From NCBI GenBank assembly GCA_963662265.2, contig CAXXHA010000016.1:21516-85515 (forward strand): a stretch of DNA of 64,000 nucleotides, written 5' to 3'. How positions within the stretch are numbered: position 1 is the first letter of the stretch; every line of letters starts with the position of its first letter. Below, in pieces: positions 1 to 9,496 of the stretch. The position numbers were made by a program, and so were the translations under genes. The DNA comes from Spirochaetia bacterium (GTDB lineage Bacteria; Spirochaetota; Spirochaetia; CADAEX01). Below the pieces are notes generated by a model. It searched no databases, was not told the origin of the DNA, and saw nothing but the letters and a program-made list of their open reading frames with translations.

Positions 1-1
1 G

Positions 2-214
2 AACGGATCCACAGACAATGATTACAATCTTACTGGAAGAGAATTTGATGTTCTGAAGGCAATTGCTGAAGGATACAATTACAGGGAAACTGCAGATTTG
101 CTCAATATATCAAGTGCCACAGTTAAGAAACATATACTTCATATTTACAGAAAACTGAATGTTTCTTCCAGGGTTGAATTCATGAAAAAAGTTATTGGAG
201 AGAATCTTATCTGA
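2..214 (+). CDS. LuxR/NarL-family regulator, C-terminal HTH (5' truncated by window edge)
   Basis: Manual translation of frame 2: ...YNLTGREFDVLKAIAEGYNYRETADLLNISSATVKKHILHIYRKLNVSSRVEF..., a typical LuxR HTH; TGA at 212-214. Confidence 0.85.
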   Translation, partial: NGSTDNDYNLTGREFDVLKAIAEGYNYRETADLLNISSATVKKHILHIYRKLNVSSRVEFMKKVIGENLI

Positions 215-239
215 AACATACACCAAATGGTGTATGTTT
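214..239. promoter_or_regulatory. 12-bp-arm palindrome, candidate operator upstream of the DAACS transporter
   Basis: AAACATACACCA-AA-TGGTGTATGTTT directly after the LuxR gene; 2-nt spacer favours a DNA operator over a terminator. Confidence 0.5.
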
Positions 240-336
240 TCATACCTAAATCAGAAAATACACTGAAAAATAGACCATACGATGTATTTACTTCTCCTGA
301 ACACCGGATTGTAATTATAATCAGGAGGAAATCTAA

Positions 337-1623
337 ATGTCAGATGATATTAAAAAAGGTCCGCTTGATTTTTATTTTAAATCAAATCTTCTTCTAAGAA
401 TTCTTATTGGTCTTATTCTCGGTGCACTTGCCGGAATTATTTTTGGTACTTCAATAAGCTGGGTAAAACCATTCGGAAGTCTTTTCGTAAATCTTCTTAA
501 GATGATTGTTATGCCTCTTATTCTTTCATCTCTTGTTGTGGGAGCTGCAAGTATAAGTCCTGCTACTCTTGGTAAGGTAGGTGTAAAAATTATTGCTTTC
601 TACATGCTTACATCAGCATTTGCTGTTGCTATCGGTCTTCTTTTTGGTAATCTTTTCAGACCCGGTGCAGGTCTTGCTCTTGCAGGAACAGCAGAAGCAG
701 CAGGAAGAGCTCTTAAACAGCCTTCTCTCGTTGATACTCTTCTGAACATTGTTCCGAAGAACCCGTTCAGCGCTCTTTCCGGAGGACAGGTACTTCCAAT
801 AATCTTTTTTGCAATAATTTTCGGAATAGGTGTCTCATACCTCAAAGTAAGCAAGGATGCAAGGCTTAAAGACGTTGGGGAAACTATTTACAAGGTATTT
901 GACGGTGTTGCTGAAGTAATGTACATGATTGTAAGATGGGTTCTTCAGTATGCTCCTATCGGGGTTTTTGCACTCATAGCAGTTGTATTCGGTCAGCAGG
1001 GTGCCAAGGCATTCGGACCGCTGGGTGTTGTTACTCTTGCAACATATTCAGGTCTTATTGTTCATGTTGTTCTTGTTTACGGCGTACTTCTCATGCTGAA
1101 TAAGCTGAGCTTCAAGAAATTCCTTGTAGGTGCAAGAGAGCCTATGCTTACATCTTTTGTAACAAGGTCAAGTTCAGGTACACTGCCTGTCACAATGAAA
1201 GCTGTTGATGAAAACTTCGGCGTAGGTAAAAAGATCTATTCTTTTACACTGCCTCTCGGAGCAACAATCAATATGGATGGTACTGCTATATATCAGGGTG
1301 TCTGTGCCCTCTTCATAGCTTTTGCCATTGGTATGCCACTTTCTTTCGGACAGCAGCTTACTGTAATTCTTACAGCTGTTCTTGCATCTATAGGTACAGC
1401 AGGTGTTCCCGGTGCAGGTGCTATCATGCTTCTTCTTGTATTGAATTCAGTTGGTCTTCCTGTTGAAGCAGGATCTCCTGTTGCAGCAGCTTATGCAATG
1501 ATTCTCGGAATTGACGCTATTCTCGATATGGGTAGAACAAGTGTCAATGTAACAGGCGATATGACAGGAACAATTCTTGTTTCCAAGAGTGAAAAAGAAC
1601 TTAATCTGGATAAATGGAAATAA
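337..1623 (+). CDS. Dicarboxylate/amino acid:cation symporter (DAACS, GltP/GltT-like)
   Basis: Motifs [44 protein letters not shown]; RBS AGGAGG. Confidence 0.95.
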   Translation: MSDDIKKGPLDFYFKSNLLLRILIGLILGALAGIIFGTSISWVKPFGSLFVNLLKMIVMPLILSSLVVGAASISPATLGKVGVKIIAFYMLTSAFAVAIGLLFGNLFRPGAGLALAGTAEAAGRALKQPSLVDTLLNIVPKNPFSALSGGQVLPIIFFAIIFGIGVSYLKVSKDARLKDVGETIYKVFDGVAEVMYMIVRWVLQYAPIGVFALIAVVFGQQGAKAFGPLGVVTLATYSGLIVHVVLVYGVLLMLNKLSFKKFLVGAREPMLTSFVTRSSSGTLPVTMKAVDENFGVGKKIYSFTLPLGATINMDGTAIYQGVCALFIAFAIGMPLSFGQQLTVILTAVLASIGTAGVPGAGAIMLLLVLNSVGLPVEAGSPVAAAYAMILGIDAILDMGRTSVNVTGDMTGTILVSKSEKELNLDKWK

Positions 1624-1681
1624 ACTTGCCTGATGCTTTCAGCAGGATGTATTTAAATCTGCTGCAGGTATGGTAATTATT

Positions 1682-1747
1682 AAGGTACCGGGTGTAATTA
1701 AGTGCGGGACTTTCTGCATATTATGTCAAATCCCGGTACCTTTTTTT
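1682..1747 (+). terminator. Probable rho-independent terminator
   Basis: AAGGTACCGGG...CCCGGTACCTT inverted repeat with long loop, followed by a T run. Confidence 0.55.
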
Positions 1748-1953
1748 GTAAGAAACATTTTTTCTTTTGTTTAATATGTTTTTAATTTCTTGAAAGTTAA
1801 ATCTGTTTTCAGATTGTTTTTATATGACTCTGTTATTTAGATAAAACTTGCCCTATAACCAATACTGAATTACAATTACATGACTTATCTATTATTAAAT
1901 GTCATTTTTCAAATACTCAGACACATTAAATTGCGGAGTTAATACCTGAATAC

Positions 1954-3984
1954 ATGAAGCGGAATATAGTAATTGCAGTAGTTTTAATTCTATTTCTCAA
2001 TATATTTATAGTCACTTTTTATTATTCCCTGTCATCAAATATCAATCTTGTTGATCAGATTTTAAAAAGAAACAGGATCACAAAAGAGGAAAGGGATTAT
2101 TTAAACAACAAAAAATATATAATCTACGGTTCAGACAGGAGTTCTCCCCCCTTGAGATATGTTGACCATGACAGCGGACAGTATATGGGGCTTGTTGTTG
2201 ATTATGTCAATGCTCTTTCAATAGAACTTGGTATTGAAATAAAAATGGAACCTCTTGTATGGAGCAAGGCGCTTGAAAAGCTTGAAAAGGGGGAAACTGA
2301 TTTCAGCGACATGTTCAAGTCAAAGGAAAGAGCTGAAAAATTCCTTTTTTCAACTCCGATATACAATCTCAGGGGTATAATAATTACTTCGGCAGCAGAC
2401 AATTCAATTAAAAATGTTTCAGATCTTAAAGATAAGACAGTTGCTCTTCCGGCAGGGGACTTTGCAATCGATTTTCTGAAAGCGAGAAACCCTGACCAGA
2501 AATTTATGCTGACAGGAGATAATTATTCTGCGCTTGCAATGGTTAGAGATGGTTTTGCAGATGCTGTTGTCGGAGATGAGCCTGTATTGAGCTATTACAT
2601 GAAAAAGCTTGATGGCAGGGAGATCCTTAAAATACTTCCTGAACCTGCCTATGAACAGGACTGTGTACTTGGCTTTCCCAGAACTGATAAAAATCTTGTT
2701 AATATAATAAATAAAGGGATTGCCTCTCTCAAATCAAAGGGGATGATGCTTAAAATCCAGCAGAAATGGCTTGGAGTTACAGCAAGTTTTGTTCAGGCTA
2801 AAAAAGCCGAAAGAATACTTCTCATCCTTCTTGTCTTTACAACACTAATCATTCTTGTTCTTTATATTTTTTCTCAGCTGAACAAGACATTGAAGCGGGA
2901 AATAGCGCGGCGGACAGAAGAGCTGAACTTGAGCCGAAATGAACTCAGAACAACATTTGACGGGCTTGCGCATCTTATGGCGACTTACAATGAGAAGTGT
3001 GAAATTGTTAATATTAATAAGTCTTTCAGTAGGTTTATTGGAAAATCCCCGGAAGAGATACTTCATAAACACTGCCTTTCTTTTGAAAAAAGGTTCTTTG
3101 AAGACTGCTCCTCGTGTATCGTGAAAAAGACATTCAGAAACAATAAAATATACAAAAAGGAATATTCTGACAGGGGCAGTATTTATGAGCTGAGCAGTTA
3201 TCCCATAGAACTGCATAAATCTGAAGTAAAGAAAGTTCTTCTGATGGTGAAAGATATTACCACTGAAAAGATAACTGAACAGAAATATTTTCAGGAAAAC
3301 AAGATGGCTGCAATAGGCCAGCTTGCTGCAGGGATGGCACATGAAATAAGAAACCCTCTCGGGCTGATCAGAAATTACAGCTATCTTCTCAAGCATGCGA
3401 CTGACCAGGCTGATGAGCAGATAAGTAAAAGCATAAGCCAGATTGAAATATCTGTTGAAAAAGCAGGTACAATTATTGACAATCTTTTGAATTTTTCCCG
3501 TCTTGATGATGAAGACAATGAAAAAATATTTATTTATGATTTTGTCGATGAGATTCTTCAGCTTGAAAAAAAACTGATGCTGAGCAGGAAAATAAGATAC
3601 AATATCAGCTGCAGTCCCGGTATAAGCTACAGGATCAGCCGAGAAGTTCTCAAGCATATTATTATAAACCTTACTGCCAATGCTATTGATGCAATGGAAG
3701 ATGGAGGAGCGCTTTCCGTATCAGTTGAGGAATCGGGTAATGATGTTGTCATGAAATTCAGAGATACAGGTTCAGGAATAAGCAAAGAGGATATTGAAAG
3801 TATATTTAATCCCTTTTTTACAACCAAGAAACGGGGTAAGGGAACAGGTCTGGGGCTTTATATTGTCTACAGTGATATAAAAAGGTACGGCGGTGAAATA
3901 ACTGTTCAGAGTGAAGTCGGAAAGGGTACTGAATTCACTGTAACACTTCCTGTCGACAGCGGAGAAGATTATGGGTCAGTTTAA
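1954..3984 (+). CDS. Sensor histidine kinase with periplasmic amino-acid-binding (SBP family 3) domain, PAS, HisKA and HATPase
   Basis: SPPLRY/GLVVDY binding-domain motifs, two TM helices, H-box GMAHEIRNPL, N/G boxes NAIDAM, DTGSGI, FFTTK, GTGLGL. Confidence 0.93.
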   Translation: MKRNIVIAVVLILFLNIFIVTFYYSLSSNINLVDQILKRNRITKEERDYLNNKKYIIYGSDRSSPPLRYVDHDSGQYMGLVVDYVNALSIELGIEIKMEPLVWSKALEKLEKGETDFSDMFKSKERAEKFLFSTPIYNLRGIIITSAADNSIKNVSDLKDKTVALPAGDFAIDFLKARNPDQKFMLTGDNYSALAMVRDGFADAVVGDEPVLSYYMKKLDGREILKILPEPAYEQDCVLGFPRTDKNLVNIINKGIASLKSKGMMLKIQQKWLGVTASFVQAKKAERILLILLVFTTLIILVLYIFSQLNKTLKREIARRTEELNLSRNELRTTFDGLAHLMATYNEKCEIVNINKSFSRFIGKSPEEILHKHCLSFEKRFFEDCSSCIVKKTFRNNKIYKKEYSDRGSIYELSSYPIELHKSEVKKVLLMVKDITTEKITEQKYFQENKMAAIGQLAAGMAHEIRNPLGLIRNYSYLLKHATDQADEQISKSISQIEISVEKAGTIIDNLLNFSRLDDEDNEKIFIYDFVDEILQLEKKLMLSRKIRYNISCSPGISYRISREVLKHIIINLTANAIDAMEDGGALSVSVEESGNDVVMKFRDTGSGISKEDIESIFNPFFTTKKRGKGTGLGLYIVYSDIKRYGGEITVQSEVGKGTEFTVTLPVDSGEDYGSV

Positions 3985-5335
3985 AATCCTTGTAATAGAC
4001 GATGAGATTGAATACAGGGAAGTGCTTGAAAATATATTCAGAATTAATGGATATGATGTAGTTACTGCTGGGAGCGGCGAGGCCGGATTAAAATTCCTGG
4101 AAAATAACAGCTGTGATCTTGTTGTTACCGACCTTATCATGGCAGGGATGGACGGGCTTGAATTCCTGAAGCAGTCGAAGGAAAAATATCCCGATCTTGA
4201 AGTGCTTATTGTTACAGGATACGGATCTGTGAAAAATGCTGTAGAGGCAATGAGGTTCGGAGCTTTCGGATATTTTGTCAAGAGTCATGACCCTGAAGAG
4301 CTTATAATGGAGATAAAAAAGATAGAGCGTATTGCATCACTTGAGAACAGCAATGCTGTCCTCCGTATACAGCAGATAAATTCCGGATATCTCCTTGAAA
4401 CAAAAAACCGGGCGTTCAGGAATGTAATTGATATAGCAGGCAAGGTTGCTGCCAATGATACAAATGTGCTTATTCTGGGTGAATCAGGTGTGGGGAAAGA
4501 GGTCCTTGCCCGTTATATTCACCAGTGCAGCTCAAGAAGCAGTAACCCGTTTGTTAGTATCAACTGCTCCTCATTTCCTGATTCCCTTGTCGAGGCAGAA
4601 CTCTATGGCTATGAGAAAGGTTCATTTACAGGTGCGGTTTCATCCAGAATAGGTCGTTTTGAAGCGGCAGACAGGGGTGTTCTGTTTATTGATGAAATTG
4701 GGGATATACCTCTTCAGACACAGGTGAAACTTCTGCAGAATCTTGAAAACAAGGAGATCCAGAGAATCGGCAGCAACAGGAATATTAAAATCGATTTCAA
4801 GCTGATAGCTGCAACAAACCGCGATCTCCAGGATGCGATAAACGAAGGAACATTCCGAGAGGACCTTTTCTACCGTATCAGCACAATAATAATAAGAATA
4901 CCGCCGCTGAGGGAGAGAAAAGAGGATATAGACAGCCTTTTATGGTTCTTCATTACAAAAGCGGAAAATGATCTCAACAAAAAGGTGAAAGGTCTTGAAC
5001 CCAAACTGCTTGATTTTCTGACAAATTATAATTACCCCGGAAACCTCAGGGAAATGAGAAACATTGTTGAACGGCTTGTTGTTCTTGCAGAGTCAGAAAC
5101 ACTTAAAGTAAATGATCTTCCTGAATACTGTTTCTCTTCAGACGTTACAAAAGAAAACAATGGTGTGAAAAATATTTCCCAGTTGCGGTCGTTGAAAGAG
5201 GTCAGAAAAGAATTTGAGACTGAATATATTAAAAATGCTCTTTCTCTTTGCGGGGGAAATATTTCTGAAACCTCCCGGAAGCTTGATTTAAGCAGACGGC
5301 AGCTCACAAACAAGATAAATGAATACGATTTATAG
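3971..5335 (+). CDS. Sigma54-dependent response regulator (NtrC/AtoC family)
   Basis: Receiver domain; GESGVGKE Walker A; ELYGYEKGSFTGA (GAFTGA-like); FREDLFYR; YPGNLREM; C-terminal Fis HTH. Confidence 0.95.
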   Translation: MGQFKILVIDDEIEYREVLENIFRINGYDVVTAGSGEAGLKFLENNSCDLVVTDLIMAGMDGLEFLKQSKEKYPDLEVLIVTGYGSVKNAVEAMRFGAFGYFVKSHDPEELIMEIKKIERIASLENSNAVLRIQQINSGYLLETKNRAFRNVIDIAGKVAANDTNVLILGESGVGKEVLARYIHQCSSRSSNPFVSINCSSFPDSLVEAELYGYEKGSFTGAVSSRIGRFEAADRGVLFIDEIGDIPLQTQVKLLQNLENKEIQRIGSNRNIKIDFKLIAATNRDLQDAINEGTFREDLFYRISTIIIRIPPLRERKEDIDSLLWFFITKAENDLNKKVKGLEPKLLDFLTNYNYPGNLREMRNIVERLVVLAESETLKVNDLPEYCFSSDVTKENNGVKNISQLRSLKEVRKEFETEYIKNALSLCGGNISETSRKLDLSRRQLTNKINEYDL

Positions 5336-5361
5336 ATAAGTTGTGTAATTAATTTCATATA

Positions 5362-5379
5362 TGAGCAATTTATTTCTCA
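5362..5379. promoter_or_regulatory. Candidate upstream activator site for the adjacent sigma54 activator
   Basis: Imperfect palindrome TGAGCAATTTATTTCTCA about 120 bp upstream of the -24/-12 promoter. Confidence 0.4.
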
Positions 5380-5497
5380 CATTTCCCTTTCTCTTTGCTG
5401 TATTTTGCCTGCTATAAAAAATGAAAATTAATATTATCCGGGAATAAATCTCTATGGTGTAATGAATTATTGTGAAAGACAGTCTGTTGCCCTTAAA

Positions 5498-5514
5498 TTG
5501 GCACAATTCCTGCT
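5498..5514 (+). promoter_or_regulatory. Sigma54 (-24/-12) promoter
   Basis: TTGGCACAATTCCTGCT with GG(5500-01)-N10-GC(5512-13), downstream of an NtrC-family gene. Confidence 0.85.
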
Positions 5515-5615
5515 AAATAAAAAAATGAAAAGTTATTCACTTGACTGAAGGGCAATAACAGGAAAATTGATAATTGCTTCCTTTAAAGTGAAGATGAAAT
5601 CATCAGGAGGAATTG

Positions 5616-7043
5616 ATGGAAGAGAAAAAACTTACGTTTCACGGCGGTAGACTGGTATCATTTATACCAATCTTAATGTTTGTAGCTGTAGCTATTTATA
5701 TTGCTGCTACTCAGAACGAAGTAACAATTCAGGGAATGTGGGTAGGTATACTCATCGGTATTATTGTTACTTTCTTTTTTGCAAAGGACAAGGAGCTATA
5801 CGGAGAAACCATTATCAAAGGTATGTCTGCAAGAGTTGCTCTTGTTCCGGTTGCAGCATGGATTTTTGCAGGTATTTTTGCAACAGTAATGAGATCATCA
5901 GGAATGGTTAACGGTATACTCTGGCTTGCTGTGAAAACAGGCGCGACAGGAACTCCGTTTATTGTTGTTACCTTTATTGCATGTGCTATATTTGCAACTG
6001 CAGCAGGTACAGGATTCGGAACTATTGCCGCAGGTATGGGTGTTCTCTACCCTGCAGGTGTACTTCTCGGTGCTCATCCGCTGCTTCTTGCAGGTGCAAT
6101 AATCGGGGGCGGAGCTTTCGGTGACAACCTTGCTGCTATTTCAGATACAACTATTTCATCTGCAGCCAGCCAGGGCACAGATGTAGGGGGAGTTGTAAAA
6201 TCAAGAATCAAATATGCTCTTACTGCAGCTGCTATTTCAGTTGTGATAATTATTGTGCTCGGGATCATCACAGGCGGAGAAGCTAAAGCATTACCATATG
6301 AGGCTCTTGCAGAGCATATGAACCCTATGGGGCTTGTAATGTTTATTCCTGCTGTTTTAACAATATATTTTGCAATTAAAACAGGTAATATAATATTCTC
6401 ACTCATTATAGGTATTGCAGTAAGTATTGCTTTTGCACTTGTAACAGGACTTAATACATTTGCAGGTATATTTTCCGTAACAGACGGCGCAATATTAAGC
6501 GGAGTTGCCGGCTGGATGGCGGATCTTTCAATTCTTGTAATTCTTCTTTCCGCAGGTATCTTTATAATGACAGACGGCGGCGGCGGTGAAGTTCTTGTTG
6601 AATTCGGACACAAGATTATAAAGAAATCAGTATTCGGACTTGAGCTTTCAACAGCAATTCTTGAACTTCTTTTCTCAGGTATAATGAGCCTCAATGCACC
6701 TGCTATTCTTGCAGTTGGTCTCTCATTTACAAAACCGCTTGGAGACAAGTTTAAACTTCACCCTTACAGAAGAGCGAACCTTCTTGATGCTTTCTCATGT
6801 ACAATTGTTTATACACTTCCATGGACAGCCGCGGTTCTCTTTGCAAGCGGTCTTTCAAAAGGTGCAAGCGAAGATTTTGCAGGCGTACCTTTCCTTAACC
6901 CTGTTTCTATTACACCATGGGTTATCTATTCATGGGTACTCCTTGCAGTAATGTTCTTCTCTGTATTTTCAGGATGGGGGCGAATGTATACTGCTCCTGA
7001 CGGAACACCTACAAAGGAAAAACCCAACTTCGACGAACTCTAA
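5616..7043 (+). CDS. NhaC-family Na+/H+ antiporter-like amino-acid transporter
   Basis: Polytopic membrane protein with AGTGFGTI and GAFGDNLAAISDTTI NhaC motifs; RBS AGGAGG. Confidence 0.88.
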   Translation: MEEKKLTFHGGRLVSFIPILMFVAVAIYIAATQNEVTIQGMWVGILIGIIVTFFFAKDKELYGETIIKGMSARVALVPVAAWIFAGIFATVMRSSGMVNGILWLAVKTGATGTPFIVVTFIACAIFATAAGTGFGTIAAGMGVLYPAGVLLGAHPLLLAGAIIGGGAFGDNLAAISDTTISSAASQGTDVGGVVKSRIKYALTAAAISVVIIIVLGIITGGEAKALPYEALAEHMNPMGLVMFIPAVLTIYFAIKTGNIIFSLIIGIAVSIAFALVTGLNTFAGIFSVTDGAILSGVAGWMADLSILVILLSAGIFIMTDGGGGEVLVEFGHKIIKKSVFGLELSTAILELLFSGIMSLNAPAILAVGLSFTKPLGDKFKLHPYRRANLLDAFSCTIVYTLPWTAAVLFASGLSKGASEDFAGVPFLNPVSITPWVIYSWVLLAVMFFSVFSGWGRMYTAPDGTPTKEKPNFDEL

Positions 7044-7200
7044 AACAGGACGTTTTTCACCTGCCCCGGGTCTCGGATCCGGGGGTGCAGGTCCAGCCAT
7101 GGACGGCGATAGGACCTGCCTGAACAGGATGTTTTTGTGCGGTCAGGCAGGGACATTTGTGCCGAGGTACGAGGTCTGCCAAAAAGCCCGGCCTGAACAG
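7044..7200. repeat. GC-rich REP-like cluster of hairpins and short direct repeats
   Basis: AACAGGA(C/T)GTTTTT at 7044 and 7123; GCCTGAACAG at 7118 and 7191; stems CCCCGG/CCGGGG, GCAGGTCC/GGACCTGC, CCTGCCTGA/TCAGGCAGG. Confidence 0.6.
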
Positions 7201-7398
7201 AGTTTGCATTTTATAATTGAATAATATCTGCATCCTGAAACAATTCAGTGATCCAGATAATGCTGCGCCTCGCCTTAACAGGCGTTGTGCAGCTGGTTTA
7301 TAATTTTTATGTTATATTTAAAAACAGAGATAAAACAAACAGGCTTAAAATTATCATATAATCTTAATATTACAGAGACAGAAATACTCTGCAGTTTT

Positions 7399-7633
7399 TT
7401 ACAGGAAGAATGATAAAAACTTGTTTTTATCATAAGCGACAGAGACTTTCGCTTGCGAAAGTGCTCGAAAGCGTTACAGGAAGAATGATAAAAACTTGTT
7501 TTTATCATAAGCGACAGAGACTTTCGCTTGCGAAAGTGCTCGAAAGCGTTACAGGAAGAATGATAAAAAACTTGTTTTTTATCATAAGCGACAGAGACTT
7601 TCGCTTGCGAAAGTGCTCGAAAGCGTTACAGGA
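7399..7633 (+). repeat. Tandem array of three 75-77 bp two-hairpin units ending in the ortA RBS
   Basis: Unit TTACAGGAAGA-ATGATAAAAACTTGTTTTTATCAT-AAGCGACAGAG-ACTTTCGCTTGCGAAAGT-GCTCGAAAGCG at 7399, 7474, 7549; a fourth TTACAGGA at 7626. Confidence 0.95.
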
Positions 7634-7640
7634 GCGAAAA

Positions 7641-7946
7641 ATGACAGCAAAAAAAGGCGACTGGGTCCGGATTCACAAAATTGTGATGCATGCAGGAGAA
7701 AGAGCACCTCAGGTTCCCGAGGATACAGCAAAAGTATCTTTTGAAATGTGGCAGAAAGGATTTCTTCTAAATGAGGAGGCTGAGGCCGGAAGTGTAGTAG
7801 ATATAAAAACTGTGATTGGAAGAAAGGTGAGCGGTACATTGATTGAAGTAAATCCCTATTTTACCCATTCATTCGGTAAATGTGTTCCGGAAATACAGAA
7901 AATTGATCAGCAGCTGAGAAATATCATGAAGGAGGACGCGGAATGA
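7641..7946 (+). CDS. ortA: 2-amino-4-ketopentanoate thiolase alpha subunit
   Basis: MTAKKGDWVRIH...ERAPQVPEDT...EMWQKGFL...NPYFTHSFG; ATG at 7641 after AGGAG; the longer called ORF (7410) is repeat read-through. Confidence 0.9.
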   Translation: MTAKKGDWVRIHKIVMHAGERAPQVPEDTAKVSFEMWQKGFLLNEEAEAGSVVDIKTVIGRKVSGTLIEVNPYFTHSFGKCVPEIQKIDQQLRNIMKEDAE

Positions 7947-9361
7947 ACAATGAATATACCGATTTAATGTCCCGGAAGAATGAGATAATGAAAAAATCTA
8001 TTGCTATAGATTACAGCAGATTTGAAACCGGTACAATTGCGTTTGATTATGAAGCAATGATGAAAGAGGTCGGATATGATCTTGATGAAATCAGGTCTAT
8101 TCAGGCTGAAACAGGAATAGGCAATACTCCTATATACGAACTCAGGAATCTGACTGAACTTGCCAGAAAATGCAGCGGAAAGGGAAAGGGTGCCAGAATA
8201 TTTGTAAAGGATGAGGCTGCAAATCCGTCAGGAAGTTTCAAGGCAAGGAGAGCTGCTGTATCTGTTTATCATGCCAAAAAACTCGGCTACAAAGGTGTTA
8301 TCGCGGCAACAAGCGGAAACTACGGCGCTGCTGTGGCAAGCCAGGCGGCAATGCTCGGACTTGACTGTATCATTGTTCAGGAGTGCTATGACTCAAGGGG
8401 AAAGGGACAGCCTGAAATCATTGAAAAAGCAAGGAAATGCGAGGCATTCGGCGCCGAAGTTGTTCAGCTTACTGTCGGTCCGGAGCTTTTCTTTATATTT
8501 CTGAAGCTTCTTGAAGAGACAGGCTTTTTCAATGCCTCTTTATATACACCTTTCGGAATAGCCGGTGTTGAGACTCTCGGTTATGAACTTGTCCAGCAGA
8601 TGACTTCCCTCACAGGCAGGGCTCCTGATGCTGTTGTTGCGACAAATGCAGGCGGCGGAAACCTTACAGGTACTGCAAGAGGTATGATTAAAGCAGGTGC
8701 TGATAAAACAAAGATAATAGGGGCAAGTGTCAACCTTAAAGGGCTTCATATGGCAAGTGATAAACAGTTCAACCTCAAGTCATTCACCACCGGGCATACA
8801 GGCTTCGGTATACCTTTTACCACTCTTCCCGACAGGTCTGATGTCCCCCGGTCTGCAGGTCGTCCTTTGAGATATATGGACAGGTATGTAACTGTCAGGC
8901 AGGGAGAGGTTTTCTTCATGACTGAGGCTCTTGCCCAGCTTGAAGGGCTTGAACGGGGACCTGCGGGAAGCACTTCGCTTGCAGCAGCTTTTGCCATTGC
9001 CCGGGATATGGATCAGGATCAGACAATTGTTGTTCAGGAAACTGAATATACAGGAGCAGGGAAACATATTCAGCCGCAGATGGATTTTGCAAGGGATAAC
9101 GGAATAGAAGTTAAAATAGGAAATCCTGACGATGAAATTCCGGGTGAAAACATTATTCTACCGGAACATCCTGAAATGATTTCAGTGAAGGATCTTGATC
9201 TTGATAAACTTAGAGTTTCACTTATTAAAAACAGCACTGCAGCTCTGGAAAAGGATGCTCTGGGGAAACTGACAGATACAGATATAAATTACCTTGCCGA
9301 TGAGACAGGTAGTTCAGCCGATTATGTAAAGAATGTAATCAGCAGCATCAGCGCTGATTAA
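7943..9361 (+). CDS. ortB: 2-amino-4-ketopentanoate thiolase beta subunit (PLP fold II)
   Basis: KDEAANPSGSFKARRA PLP lysine, ATSGNYGAA, RSDVPRSAGRPLRYMDR, QETEYTGAGKH; overlaps ortA stop. Confidence 0.93.
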   Translation: MNNEYTDLMSRKNEIMKKSIAIDYSRFETGTIAFDYEAMMKEVGYDLDEIRSIQAETGIGNTPIYELRNLTELARKCSGKGKGARIFVKDEAANPSGSFKARRAAVSVYHAKKLGYKGVIAATSGNYGAAVASQAAMLGLDCIIVQECYDSRGKGQPEIIEKARKCEAFGAEVVQLTVGPELFFIFLKLLEETGFFNASLYTPFGIAGVETLGYELVQQMTSLTGRAPDAVVATNAGGGNLTGTARGMIKAGADKTKIIGASVNLKGLHMASDKQFNLKSFTTGHTGFGIPFTTLPDRSDVPRSAGRPLRYMDRYVTVRQGEVFFMTEALAQLEGLERGPAGSTSLAAAFAIARDMDQDQTIVVQETEYTGAGKHIQPQMDFARDNGIEVKIGNPDDEIPGENIILPEHPEMISVKDLDLDKLRVSLIKNSTAALEKDALGKLTDTDINYLADETGSSADYVKNVISSISAD

Positions 9362-9446
9362 GGATTTGACAGATTTTTACTTAGAGATTTACAGAAATTA
9401 CGGGATTTTATATTTCGGACTGAATGTCGCCTTGCTTATATTTTCT

Positions 9447-9472
9447 GCCCCGCAGACTGCGGGGCTTCTTTT
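9447..9472 (+). terminator. Possible terminator hairpin after ortB
   Basis: GCCCCGCAG-A-CTGCGGGGC followed by TTCTTTT. Confidence 0.55.
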
Positions 9473-9496
9473 ACTCAAGGTGACTGATAAGGATAT

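Noticed and set aside
7399-7633. CRISPR array
   Set aside because: Units are identical end to end with no unique spacers, and no cas genes are present
7399-7633. Integron attC cassette array
   Set aside because: Ends in GCGTTA, but lacks the RYYYAAC inverse core; no cassette ORFs between units and no integrase
7410-7640. N-terminal extension of OrtA (MIKTCFYHKRQ repeats) and the antisense ORF 7275..7508
   Set aside because: Translation of the DNA repeat; OrtA similarity and the RBS begin at 7641, and the in-frame link depends on two possibly erroneous extra bases
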